64,000 nt of DNA from an uncultured Pseudomonadales bacterium (GCA_964519905.1 CAZFLN010000003.1:1413-65412), one strand, 5' to 3'; counted from the first letter of the stretch, positions 46,430 through 56,331 are shown. The notes: a model not told the origin generated them from the sequence alone. Translations and numbers: made by a program.

Positions 46430-47404
46430 ATGAAAAAAGCGTTTATTACCGGAATCACCGGACAAGATGGATCCTACTTGGCGGAGTTATTGCTGAGCAA
46501 AGGATACAAAGTATATGGCCTGACTCGACGAACCAGCACTCAGAATTTTGAGCGTATCGAGAGCATAGTCGAGAATCCGAACTTGGAATTGGTTTCTGGA
46601 GACTTGACCGATCAACACTCCATGACCCAAGCTCTCTCCGAAATTCAGCCAGATGAAGTATATAACTTAGCAGCTCAGTCATTCGTAAAGACCAGCTGGG
46701 ACCAGCCAGTTTTGACCGGTGATGTTACAGCTATTGGTGTGACTCGATTGCTGGAAGCAGTTCGCTTGGCTTGTCCTCAAGCAAAAGTGTATCAAGCTTC
46801 ATCTTCTGAAATGTTTGGTCGCGTGATGGAGGTTCCTCAATCTGAGCAGACACCTTTCTATCCACGTTCTCCGTACGGTGTTGCCAAGGTATATGGTCAC
46901 TGGATCACAGTGAACTACCGCGAATCATATGACATGTTTGCTGTCTCTGGAATTCTCTTTAATCATGAATCACCACGTCGTGGCTTGGAGTTTGTCACTC
47001 GTAAGATTAGTTACAACGTGGCACGTATTGCGCTTGGGTTACAAAAAACGGTCAAGCTGGGCAATCTTGATGCCAAGCGAGACTGGGGATATGCCAAGGA
47101 TTACGTAGAAGCTATGTGGCTCATGCTGCAGCAGGAAAACCCAGATGATTACGTCATCGCTACTGGTGAAACCCATTCAGTTCGCGAGTTTGTGCAAAAG
47201 GCCTGTGCTGTAGCGGGAATTGCTGATTGGGAATCTATTGTTGAGATCGATGAACGATTTATGCGACCGGCAGAAGTTGATTTGTTGATCGGAGATCCAA
47301 GTCACGCTAAGAACCAATTAAACTGGGAACCAAAAACTTCTTTCGACGAACTTGTGCAACTGATGGTAGAAGCCGATTTAGAAAGTATTCGGAAGACACT
47401 GTAA
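46430..47404 (+). CDS. gmd: GDP-mannose 4,6-dehydratase
   Basis: [30 protein letters not shown] and [18 protein letters not shown] blocks. An alternative GTG at 46421. Confidence 0.9.
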   Translation: MKKAFITGITGQDGSYLAELLLSKGYKVYGLTRRTSTQNFERIESIVENPNLELVSGDLTDQHSMTQALSEIQPDEVYNLAAQSFVKTSWDQPVLTGDVTAIGVTRLLEAVRLACPQAKVYQASSSEMFGRVMEVPQSEQTPFYPRSPYGVAKVYGHWITVNYRESYDMFAVSGILFNHESPRRGLEFVTRKISYNVARIALGLQKTVKLGNLDAKRDWGYAKDYVEAMWLMLQQENPDDYVIATGETHSVREFVQKACAVAGIADWESIVEIDERFMRPAEVDLLIGDPSHAKNQLNWEPKTSFDELVQLMVEADLESIRKTL

Positions 47405-47440
47405 ATACAATCGAAAAGAGAGAAAGCGATTAAAGTTACT

Positions 47441-48667
47441 ATGGCCACGAAAAAACTGCCACGAGCCATCATTCTTATTCCAACGTATAACGAGGCTGGG
47501 AACATCCCAAAACTCCTTCCTCGCATTGCCAAGGTTCGAGAAGGAATAGATTCGTGGGATGTTCAAGTTCTGGTTATTGATGACTCTTCCCCAGATGGTA
47601 CGGGTCAAGTCGTTTTAGATTTACGTAAGAAGTACGATTTTCTCCATTTGTTAGTGAACAAGAAAAAGAGTGGTCTCGGTGGTGCCTACTTAAAAGGTAT
47701 GGCCGAAGCTTTTGGGAACATGGGCGCGGATGTTGTATTTGAAATGGATGCTGATCTGTCTCATGATCCCAAAAAACTTCCAGAGTTTTTGGCTGCTCTC
47801 GATGCTGGGGCTGATATGGTGCTGGGATCTCGTTACATTCCAGGTGGATCTATTCCAAGTAATTGGGGTCCGCACCGAAAATTTTTAAGTGTGGCCGGCA
47901 ATCTCTTTATTTCTTTGGTCTTGATGTCTCGAGCAGTTCGAGACTGGACTGGGGGCTACCGGGCAATTCGACGGAATGTCTATGAAGCCGTGCATGAGGA
48001 AATGGAGCAGTCAGCCAAGTTCACTGGGTATACTTTCCAAATTGGATTTTTGCATAAAGCGTTGCGCGCTGGATACAAAATTGTAGAAGTGCCTTTCCAC
48101 TTTGTTGATCGTACCGTTGGTGAGTCAAAGTTGGGAACAGAGTACATTATTAACACACTGAAGTACATTCTCCGAGTTCGAGTCGAAGAGATTTTTTCTT
48201 CTCGGATTTTTAAGTTTGCCATGGTTGGTGGAATTGGTTTCCTGGTCAACTTAATTGCCTTTAATATTTTCAAACTTTTCTCACTGTGGACAGGCTTGGC
48301 ACAAGTTCTTGGTGTGGCAGTGGAAAATCCAATTTTTTCTGATCAATCACTGGCTGTGATTCTGGGGGCTGAAGTTGCCATCGTTTCGAATTATTTACTG
48401 AATAATCTCTGGACTTTCCAAGACAGACAGATACACGGATTTTTCCGCCACTTACGCAAATTCTTTCAGTTTAACGTTGGCTCCGTTGGATCGATAGTGA
48501 TTCAATACGTTGTTATGCAGGCCAGCGTGGCTTTGCTGGGGGTGTTCCCTCTGTTCCATATCGGAAGCTTTGCTTTGCAGAGTGACAATTTATACTTAGT
48601 GGCCGGGGTGCTCATTGGCATGATTTGGAATTTCTCGGTATATAGTTTGATAATTTGGAGAAAATAA
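47441..48667 (+). CDS. polyprenol-phosphate glycosyltransferase (DPM1-like GT2) fused to a C-terminal GtrA-like membrane domain
   Basis: AIILIPTYNEAGNIPKLL, VLVIDDSSPDGT and DADLSHDP. The C-terminal ~120 aa has four TM segments (FKFAMVGGIGFLVNLIAFNI...) typical of GtrA. Confidence 0.7.
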   Translation: MATKKLPRAIILIPTYNEAGNIPKLLPRIAKVREGIDSWDVQVLVIDDSSPDGTGQVVLDLRKKYDFLHLLVNKKKSGLGGAYLKGMAEAFGNMGADVVFEMDADLSHDPKKLPEFLAALDAGADMVLGSRYIPGGSIPSNWGPHRKFLSVAGNLFISLVLMSRAVRDWTGGYRAIRRNVYEAVHEEMEQSAKFTGYTFQIGFLHKALRAGYKIVEVPFHFVDRTVGESKLGTEYIINTLKYILRVRVEEIFSSRIFKFAMVGGIGFLVNLIAFNIFKLFSLWTGLAQVLGVAVENPIFSDQSLAVILGAEVAIVSNYLLNNLWTFQDRQIHGFFRHLRKFFQFNVGSVGSIVIQYVVMQASVALLGVFPLFHIGSFALQSDNLYLVAGVLIGMIWNFSVYSLIIWRK

Positions 48668-50283
48668 TGGCTCGAACTTTACAGAATTTTTGGGAACGGT
48701 ATACAGCTTGGTGGGAGAAACAATCCAATCTTGAACAGTGGGCGTTTGTTTCCCTCTGTGTTTCGTTTTGTATTGGTGCTGCTTTTCGATTCACAAATCT
48801 AGCCGCGAGTCTCCAATTTCAAGCCGATCAAGGAAGAGACGCAATTGTTGCCTACAATATTTTGCATGGTGACATTGCTTTGTTGGGACCATCCACAAGT
48901 GTGGGGAGTATGTATCTTGGTCCACTCTATTACTACTTCATGGCACCGTTTATTAGTTTATTTGGTATGAGTCCGATTGGACCAGCCATAGCGGTGGCTA
49001 CACTAAGCCTTTTGACTCTACCTATTTTGTTCTTGATTGTACGACGGTGGTTGGGCGTGACTGTGGCCACTTTTTCTGTTCTTGCTTATGCCACAGCTCC
49101 TTGGGTAGTAGAGTACTCACGATTTTCTTGGAATCCTAATCCTGCTCCAATTGTCAGTCTATTGCTGTGGTGGTCTGCCTGGAAGGCATTGCAGGGAAAG
49201 TACCGATGGTGGATGGCTGTTGGATTGTGGGCAGCAGTATTAATGCAGCTGCACTATGTTGCATTGCTCGCTATTGCTCCAGTTGGAGTGTGGTGGTTGT
49301 GGAATGGCGGGGAACTACTCTGGAAGCGTTCTTGGCATCAGCTTCGATCTTTTCTACTTTGGAGTTTTGGTGCTGGTTTGGTAGTTCTTGCTTCATTTAC
49401 TCCATTAGTGGCGTTTGATATCCGTTTTGACGGATTGATTCGCAGCGGATTCGAAGAATTTTTGTCAGGGTCTCAATCTGGTGAAGCATCGTCAATTGGA
49501 AGTTTACAGCGAGTTTGGCGCGAGCAAGAAGGAAGAACACTCTATAGTTTTGGTGAGTTTTGGGGTGGAAAAGATTCTATTCCTGCGTATCGAACAGTTC
49601 TGAAGAGTGTTCTCTTGGGAGTTGGAGTGGTATGGTTGTTTTTTGCATGGAGACTGAGGAGTCTTGGGAAATTAAAAATTTGGATGTACCTTACTTCCAT
49701 AATAGTTACTTCTATTGTCGGATTAGCTTGGTATCGTGGAGTTTTGCATGCGCATTACATAACATATTTGTATCCCATTGTGGGCATTGTTTTGGGTTCA
49801 GGAGTTACAGAATTGGCTTGTAGAGGACGCCTGGGACGAGTATTTGCTGGTATATTATTATCCCTAGCAATTGGAGCAAGTCTTATCCCAGGGACATACT
49901 ATTTCTTGGACTCTGCTGGCTGGCAATACAAAGATATGAGATTTATCTCACAACGGGTATTAGCTGAAGTTCCAAAAGATGCTACTTACTCTTTGACATT
50001 GCTTTCAGAAATTCGTGACTATCGTGGAATGAACTATAGGTATTTCCTTATTACATCTGATCATCCACCGATTGATTTAGCAGTTTCCCATGAAGCAGAC
50101 TACTTGGTTATTATCGCAGAATCTCCTGATGAAGCAGCTGATGTTCTTGGCTCACCGGTGTATGAAATTGTAACTTTCCCGAAAGGACAGTATCGTGTTG
50201 TTCAAGAGGATCGTGGACCAAAGATTTACATTATTGAAAATAGGGACAAAACACTCGGCATTCCAGAGAACGATACTCCGTGA
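48667..50283 (+). CDS. GT-C fold membrane glycosyltransferase (family 39/83, ArnT/PMT-like)
   Basis: First-loop acidic motif FQADQGRDA. More than 10 TM segments. Hydrophilic C-terminal domain. Start coupled to the upstream stop. Confidence 0.55.
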   Translation: MARTLQNFWERYTAWWEKQSNLEQWAFVSLCVSFCIGAAFRFTNLAASLQFQADQGRDAIVAYNILHGDIALLGPSTSVGSMYLGPLYYYFMAPFISLFGMSPIGPAIAVATLSLLTLPILFLIVRRWLGVTVATFSVLAYATAPWVVEYSRFSWNPNPAPIVSLLLWWSAWKALQGKYRWWMAVGLWAAVLMQLHYVALLAIAPVGVWWLWNGGELLWKRSWHQLRSFLLWSFGAGLVVLASFTPLVAFDIRFDGLIRSGFEEFLSGSQSGEASSIGSLQRVWREQEGRTLYSFGEFWGGKDSIPAYRTVLKSVLLGVGVVWLFFAWRLRSLGKLKIWMYLTSIIVTSIVGLAWYRGVLHAHYITYLYPIVGIVLGSGVTELACRGRLGRVFAGILLSLAIGASLIPGTYYFLDSAGWQYKDMRFISQRVLAEVPKDATYSLTLLSEIRDYRGMNYRYFLITSDHPPIDLAVSHEADYLVIIAESPDEAADVLGSPVYEIVTFPKGQYRVVQEDRGPKIYIIENRDKTLGIPENDTP

Positions 50284-50300
50284 TACAGTAAGGAAGCACT

Positions 50301-51062
50301 ATGGCACATCCATATCTCTCAGTCATTATTCCTGCCTATAACGAAGCCAAGAATTTCCAGCGTGGAGCACTCGACGAAGTATTGGCATATCTTCAGAAAC
50401 AGTCATTTGCTTGGGAAGTTATTCTGAGTGATGATGGTTCAACCGACAATACCGTCGAACTCCTTGAAAAGTTTGCCAAGCGTCATGCTGGAGTTCGTGT
50501 TTTGCAGAATCCACATCAGGGAAAAGGCCCAACTGTGACTGCTGGTATGCTGGCTGCGACTGGAAAGTATCGTTTGTTTACTGATTTTGATCAGTCTACG
50601 CCGCTGTCTGAGTTTGAGAAATTCGAACCTTTCTTTGACGACGGATATGATGTGGTAATCGGTTCACGAGAGATTCAAGGAGCTCGTCGAAAAGACGAAC
50701 CAATTCATCGTCACATAATGGGCAAGGGATTTAATATGCTGGTGCAGTTTGTGGCTGTTCCAGGGATTCATGATACGCAGTGTGGATTTAAGCTTTTTTC
50801 TGCGGAAGCCACCGAAAAACTTTTTCCTCGTTTGCGCGTCTATGGAGCCAAAAAGCGACAGGATGCTTTCACTGGTGCGTTTGATGTGGAGTTGCTTTTG
50901 CTCGCCAGGCATTTTAAGTATCGCATCGCTGAGGTTCCGGTAGAGTGGAATCATCATGAGACTGATCGAGTGAGTCCACTCAAAGACTCTATTCGAATGT
51001 TGGTTGATGTTTTGCGAATTCGCTGGACTGCTCTACGAGGACTGTACTCACATGCTGAGTAA
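50301..51062 (+). CDS. polyprenol-phosphate glycosyltransferase (DPM/GtrB-like GT2)
   Basis: LSVIIPAYNEAKNF, VILSDDGSTDNT, DFDQSTP and a TQCGFKLF block. Confidence 0.75.
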   Translation: MAHPYLSVIIPAYNEAKNFQRGALDEVLAYLQKQSFAWEVILSDDGSTDNTVELLEKFAKRHAGVRVLQNPHQGKGPTVTAGMLAATGKYRLFTDFDQSTPLSEFEKFEPFFDDGYDVVIGSREIQGARRKDEPIHRHIMGKGFNMLVQFVAVPGIHDTQCGFKLFSAEATEKLFPRLRVYGAKKRQDAFTGAFDVELLLLARHFKYRIAEVPVEWNHHETDRVSPLKDSIRMLVDVLRIRWTALRGLYSHAE

Positions 51063-52332
51063 ATGGATATCTCAACCGCAATTCCCCCGCTTTTTTTGGC
51101 TTTTTTCTGCGTTCTGGAGTGTGATCCTCTTGTCACTGTCATGGTGGTCATACGCTTTGGTTGATGGGAATCTTACCTTGCTCCCCTGGGAACCATTTAT
51201 GCAGTGGCAAACAAGTCGTTGGCAAGCTCAAGCGAATTTTTCGCTGATTGCTTGGCAGTATGTTGGGATTGTTCTGGTCTGGTGGGGAATGTTTTTATCT
51301 GTATTTGCCTTGTGGCACAAAGAATCAGTGCAAAAAGTTTCTTGGGCTTTTGGAGTGTTGTCTTTGACAGGAATTCTTTTCCTGTTTCTTGGACATAATG
51401 CTCACACTCGAGATATTTACAATTACCTTTTTAATGCCAAGATGTGGTTGAGTTACGGCGCGGATCCTCATATACGTACGGCGCTTGAATTCTCATACGA
51501 TCCCTGGACTCGTTTTATGCATAATACCCATATGCCAGCCCCATATGGATATGGCTGGACTCTCTGGTCATTTATTCCGTATATTCTTTCTGGAGCAGGG
51601 ATGTCATTTTTACTTTCATATTTTGCTATGCGAGGTTGGATGGTTTTGGGACTGCTCTTGCTTTTGGTTGCCACCTGGTGGGCGGTTCAATCTCAGGTTT
51701 TCTCAAAATCAGAACGCTGGTGGCGTTGGGCATTGGTTGGCTTGCATCCACTTCTACTCATGGAAGCTGTTTTGAACGGTCACAACGACGTGTGGATGAT
51801 GGCTCCAGTGATTGTAGCCTACGGTATTGCCCTGAGACCTCGACAGCGATGGCATTGGATTGTGATTCTCTTTTTGTTGGCATTCTCTGCGTTTTTGAAG
51901 TTTGCAACCGTCGCCGTTTGGCCAATATTTGTCTTGTTTCTCTTGCAGGATGTTGTTACTCAGATGAAGATTGGAATTCCAAGAATACTGTCTGTTTGGA
52001 AAAATTTTGGCATTCGGTACTCTGGAGATTTCGCCGCAGTGTGTATGGTGCTGCCACTGCTCACTCCGCGTTCAAAGTTTTTCCTCCCATGGTATGCCGT
52101 TTGGTTTCTGGCCTGGTTGCCATTTGGTCGGCTAGAAGGAGTTCGGTGGATACTCTTGGGGTTAAGTTTTACGAGTATGCTTCGTTACGTCCCATGGATG
52201 CTGGCGAACTATTCTTATGACTCTGCGACGATTCAGTCAGAGATGCAACTTATTACTTGGTCAGGATGTTTGCTAGGGTTGAGCTTGTGGATAGTGTGGC
52301 GAGTTATTCAATGGCGTAGATCACAAACATAA
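51052..52332 (+). CDS. polytopic membrane protein, putative GT-C/DUF2029-like glycosyltransferase
   Basis: About 12 predicted TM segments. Conserved-looking loop LNGHNDVWMMAPV. Lies between the GT2 and UbiA genes. The ORF-track start at 51004 overlaps the upstream gene. Confidence 0.35.
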   Translation: MLSKWISQPQFPRFFWLFSAFWSVILLSLSWWSYALVDGNLTLLPWEPFMQWQTSRWQAQANFSLIAWQYVGIVLVWWGMFLSVFALWHKESVQKVSWAFGVLSLTGILFLFLGHNAHTRDIYNYLFNAKMWLSYGADPHIRTALEFSYDPWTRFMHNTHMPAPYGYGWTLWSFIPYILSGAGMSFLLSYFAMRGWMVLGLLLLLVATWWAVQSQVFSKSERWWRWALVGLHPLLLMEAVLNGHNDVWMMAPVIVAYGIALRPRQRWHWIVILFLLAFSAFLKFATVAVWPIFVLFLLQDVVTQMKIGIPRILSVWKNFGIRYSGDFAAVCMVLPLLTPRSKFFLPWYAVWFLAWLPFGRLEGVRWILLGLSFTSMLRYVPWMLANYSYDSATIQSEMQLITWSGCLLGLSLWIVWRVIQWRRSQT

Positions 52333-53254
52333 CAAGAATTCCCCAAGCAATTGCCGCAACCAAAAGTGGTTTATCGCGCAGCAAGACGCGTTCTGGGGAC
52401 TCTCCCTCATTTGATTCATAGACGAGTTGTAGATACCGCATGACTCCGTAAATCGTGAGTGGGACCGTAAGCATGAGAAGTTTTTGCGCCGAAAAAGCGC
52501 GAGGCAGAAACGCAAGGACTGGTGGGACCACGCCAGTAGAAATATCTGTTTCTTGTTGGAAGGCAAAGAGCGCATAGGTCAACCATGCCGCATTGGCGAA
52601 CATACCTGTGTAAATATCGAGCAAACGCACGGAATAGGTGTTGAGCGCTTTGCGTGTGGCAAAACTTTTTCCGGACTCATCAACTCCTGTGAGCAGTGTT
52701 CGCTCACTTTGGCGCTTGGCCACCGCAATAAAGAGTGAGACAGAAATAACTGTCAGCAAGAACCAGACGCTCATGTGCAGATTTACGACGACTGCTCCCG
52801 CGTATACTCGTACCATAAATCCCGCGGCAATGGAGAGCACATCAAGAATGGAAATATGCTTAAACACAAAGCTGTAGCTGACTTGCAAAGCGACATACGC
52901 CAACATCAGTAAAAACACAAACGGTGACAGCAACCAGCCGCCAAAAAGGGCTATGCTGACCAGCACTGAAGCGGCGATTCCGGCTGTAACTGGTGAGAGC
53001 TTTCCACTTGCCAACGGGCGCTTTTTCTTGAAGGGATGTTTGCTATCGGATTCGCGATCAACAATATCATTGAGAACGTAGATCGACGAGGAAAGAAAAC
53101 AAAACAAAATAAACGTTTCCGTGACTCTCCAAAAATAACTTGGGAAATCATAAAAGAAAAAACCAGAGAACACCAGAGCAGCGAAGACAGCCAAGTTTTT
53201 TAACCATTGGCGCGGTCGGAAAGTCTTGAGGAGATAATAGAGCGTTGTAACCAT
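52304..53254 (-). CDS. UbiA prenyltransferase family protein (decaprenyl-phosphate phosphoribosyltransferase-like)
   Basis: NDIVDRESD (NDxxDxxxD) motif followed by KKKRPLASGKLS. Eight to nine TM segments. Confidence 0.55.
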   Translation of the reverse strand: MVTTLYYLLKTFRPRQWLKNLAVFAALVFSGFFFYDFPSYFWRVTETFILFCFLSSSIYVLNDIVDRESDSKHPFKKKRPLASGKLSPVTAGIAASVLVSIALFGGWLLSPFVFLLMLAYVALQVSYSFVFKHISILDVLSIAAGFMVRVYAGAVVVNLHMSVWFLLTVISVSLFIAVAKRQSERTLLTGVDESGKSFATRKALNTYSVRLLDIYTGMFANAAWLTYALFAFQQETDISTGVVPPVLAFLPRAFSAQKLLMLTVPLTIYGVMRYLQLVYESNEGESPERVLLRDKPLLVAAIAWGILVMFVIYAIE

Positions 53255-54294
53255 ACCAGCAGAGTGATAAAGATCAGTCCTGCAGCCATCATAGCATATC
53301 GCTTGCCCTCACTGCGGAGGCTTAGAGCCAGGATTCCAAAGATGAGCGTGGTAAGCCAGTAAAATCGAGCTATCTGCGGAATACTCCAGCCTGAATCGAG
53401 CATGCGGTGGTGGAGGTGTCCTCGGTCTCCCCAGAACGGTGATTTGCCCGCCGCCAGGCGGCGGGTGACGGCAAAGACGGCGTCGGCGGTCGGGATCGCC
53501 AGGAGAAGTAAAACCGTGGCAAGTTTTGCCCCCGACAAAATAGCTAACACGGCTAGAAAGTATCCGGCCAGCGATCCCGCGGCGTATCCAGGCATCATTT
53601 TCTGTGGATATTTATTCCACATCAGCAAACCAAAGTAGGCTCCACTGACGCTCAGTGCCAAAATAGTCACTGGCCATTGGCTGGTATCTCCGGCAAATCG
53701 AAGACTCAGCAAGGCAATGACCAAGGCAGCAATTGTTACGAAGCCGGGAAGTTGCCCATCCACGCCTTTGGACCAGTTTACAGCGTTCATGTTCCAGACA
53801 ATCCACAAGAGCGCGAGTCCGTCGGCAATGGGAGAAAAAGAGGCCTGGTAACCGAGAATCGAAAAAACTTGTGTGCCAATGGTTAAGTCTATGGTTCCAG
53901 GACCAAATGGATTGGTGACATAGTCGATGCCCACTCCGCCAAGGATCACACAGCCAGCAGCCAAAAAATTGAGGAGCCAGCGAATAAGTGGGTGAATGTC
54001 GTAGCGGTCATCGAGTGTTCCGCTGATCAGGAGAATAATAGCCCCAAGAATGACGCCAAGAATGGCGGAATCCCAAGGCCAGAGCAAAAATCCTCCCAAA
54101 ATGAGTCCAGCGGCAATCACGAGTCCTCCACCACGGGGAACCGGTGTGGTATGCACAGTTTTGGGATGGGAATTTTTATTGGGATCGTCAATCCAGCCAA
54201 TTTGTGAATAGAGTCGAATCACCAATGGCGCGGCTGCGGTGGACAGAAAAGCGGATCCTGCCCAAAGCAGCCCAAAGAGTGCCGCGGGGTTCAT
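53200..54294 (-). CDS. polyprenyl-phosphate N-acetylhexosamine-1-phosphate transferase (WecA/MraY family)
   Basis: IDDPNKNSHPKTVHTTPVPRGGGLVI block and multiple TM segments. Start taken at MNPAALFGLLW. Confidence 0.6.
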   Translation of the reverse strand: MNPAALFGLLWAGSAFLSTAAAPLVIRLYSQIGWIDDPNKNSHPKTVHTTPVPRGGGLVIAAGLILGGFLLWPWDSAILGVILGAIILLISGTLDDRYDIHPLIRWLLNFLAAGCVILGGVGIDYVTNPFGPGTIDLTIGTQVFSILGYQASFSPIADGLALLWIVWNMNAVNWSKGVDGQLPGFVTIAALVIALLSLRFAGDTSQWPVTILALSVSGAYFGLLMWNKYPQKMMPGYAAGSLAGYFLAVLAILSGAKLATVLLLLAIPTADAVFAVTRRLAAGKSPFWGDRGHLHHRMLDSGWSIPQIARFYWLTTLIFGILALSLRSEGKRYAMMAAGLIFITLLVWLQRSIISSRLSDRANG

Positions 54295-54644
54295 AGGATA
54301 ACTTTCATTATTCTCAGGAGCGCTAAGAGAAGCATTCCTTGTAAGAAACATACCGCCCACCAATTTAAGTGAGCGAGGTAGTTTTCGTGCTCAAGGTCGG
54401 TGACTCGTCCGTACAAAAATCCGATTACGAGAATCCATGTACTCAGCGCCGCGAAACTTACAACTGCCCAACTTGGAGCCAGTTGGTCCGTGAATTGGGT
54501 CAGTGAGTACCAGAGGGGAAGCGTTGTTGGGCCAATCCAGTACAGAAGTCCGCTGAGCGCACAGACACTGAACCAGAGAGCAGTGGAAATTCCCATCAGT
54601 CGGTTATGCTTAAAGTCGTAGCGAGGGAAACGAATCTTGGCCAT
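54291..54644 (-). CDS. small hypothetical membrane protein
   Basis: 117 aa with three hydrophobic segments. Coupled between two glycosyltransferase genes. Coding status is uncertain. Confidence 0.3.
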   Translation of the reverse strand: MAKIRFPRYDFKHNRLMGISTALWFSVCALSGLLYWIGPTTLPLWYSLTQFTDQLAPSWAVVSFAALSTWILVIGFLYGRVTDLEHENYLAHLNWWAVCFLQGMLLLALLRIMKVIL

Positions 54645-54656
54645 ACGTGTATTGTA

Positions 54657-56300
54657 TCAATTCTGGAAAAGGTGCAGACTTGGGTTGTTTGGTAGAGCAC
54701 CGCTTTCTGCAGAACTGCGATGGTAGATGATCATTTCACTCGTTTCGAGCACGGGTACATAATTTTGATTCATGTAGGTTTTTAGTTCTGGCCAGAGGGA
54801 CTCTTTTTTCATTTCAACAATAATTTTTGGTTCTGCCGCGATGACATCTTGGAGTACTTCATCATAGTTCTTGAGATCGTGTATATGGAAGGCTACAGTA
54901 AAACGACTGGCCGGATGACGCTGTGCTTGCGCGTAGAGAGTTGGGTTTGTACCCCAAATAAAAATAGGATCACCAGATGGAACAACACTCTGGATGTATG
55001 GCACGAGAGTTTCATTTTGCGGAACGATTCCGTTGAATCGAGCGCGATACTCAGCTGGTTGGGTGTGTCCAGTGAGAAGTTTCCAGGCGTTTTCGTAGTA
55101 CTGTCGTGTGGGATAGTGTCCGAATCCAATAAGCTCAGAGGCTCCCCAGAAAAGAAAGAATGTTACGAGGATTCCCCCTCGAGTTAGCCAGCCGGTGCTT
55201 GTCTGAATGAACCAACCCACAAGAAGTGCCATTGGTGGCACGACTTGGATCAGATAGTGCGGATAGGGCCGATTGGATAATAGTGCGCCAAACAGCGCCG
55301 CAACCAGCCAGAACATGGTCCAGGCTGGGAGTGCTTGTTTGGGAAACTTCCAAGTCAGAAGCAGTGCCAGGAGGAAACTTGAGATGAGTACCATTGTTTT
55401 GCCTGGCAAACTGAGAAGAAACAGCAAAGCCGGGTTTTGAACTGGCAGTGACCATGTTCCAGTGTAATGGAAGTTGTAGAGCAGTCCAAATTCAAGATAC
55501 TCTGTCCCCGCGCCTCGCACCCAGAAATAGAGGATGGAGAGGAGCAGAGGAGTAACGAAACCAGCAGTGAGTGCCAAGCCATGGGCCAAGAGTATTTGCA
55601 GATTTTTGAAAGGTGATTTTTTCCTAGATTTAAGCGAGAGAAGGAACGAAAAAATCACCACACTGCCTATGGCTCCAAGATCCAGAATAGCAGGCACTTT
55701 TGTGAGCAATGCCAAGCCGACGACTGCTCCAGCAGCACCAAATCTCCAGAGTTGGTACCCAGGCGCAACAGGTGCTTTCTTATTTTCCAGTGTTTTCCAC
55801 CAGCCAGCACGAGCGAGCCACCACATACCAGCCAACAAAAATCCAAGCACAAAGAGTTCCCCATTTGGAATATTTCCTTCCCAGCGAGGCAGACAGGTGG
55901 CGAGTACAAATATTCCAGTTGCGAGCCACGTTCCCCAACGATTCAACCAGCGTTTCGCAAGAAGATAGAAAAAGGTAGTACTTGCCAAGCTCCAGACTAT
56001 ATTGAGCACTCGGAACCAAAACTGATCCGGAACCATTGCCAGGTAATAAATAATCGGAGTCTTATGATCAACGATGTCCCTGTACAGAATGGCTCCATTG
56101 CGGAGTGCAGTTCCTATGGTGAGATAGATGGCTTCGTCACCGTACCAGTAGGGCTCTGCTAAGTTGGGGATTCGCAAAAGCAGATTCAGTGCCAGGAATA
56201 TTAACAAGGCTTCCTGATTATTCGCCCAGGTATTGAATTGAAGAAATCGAGTTTTGATACTTTGCCACGAAAGAGTGTGTGAGACACGAGACATACACAA
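54657..56300 (-). CDS. GT-C fold membrane glycosyltransferase (family 39/83, ArnT/PMT-like)
   Basis: Loop motif AEPYWYGDEAIYLTIGTAL (DE motif). More than 10 TM segments. C-terminal soluble domain. Confidence 0.6.
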   Translation of the reverse strand: MCMSRVSHTLSWQSIKTRFLQFNTWANNQEALLIFLALNLLLRIPNLAEPYWYGDEAIYLTIGTALRNGAILYRDIVDHKTPIIYYLAMVPDQFWFRVLNIVWSLASTTFFYLLAKRWLNRWGTWLATGIFVLATCLPRWEGNIPNGELFVLGFLLAGMWWLARAGWWKTLENKKAPVAPGYQLWRFGAAGAVVGLALLTKVPAILDLGAIGSVVIFSFLLSLKSRKKSPFKNLQILLAHGLALTAGFVTPLLLSILYFWVRGAGTEYLEFGLLYNFHYTGTWSLPVQNPALLFLLSLPGKTMVLISSFLLALLLTWKFPKQALPAWTMFWLVAALFGALLSNRPYPHYLIQVVPPMALLVGWFIQTSTGWLTRGGILVTFFLFWGASELIGFGHYPTRQYYENAWKLLTGHTQPAEYRARFNGIVPQNETLVPYIQSVVPSGDPIFIWGTNPTLYAQAQRHPASRFTVAFHIHDLKNYDEVLQDVIAAEPKIIVEMKKESLWPELKTYMNQNYVPVLETSEMIIYHRSSAESGALPNNPSLHLFQN

Positions 56301-56331
56301 CAGTGTACCAGCTTGCAGAAGAGGCGGAAAC

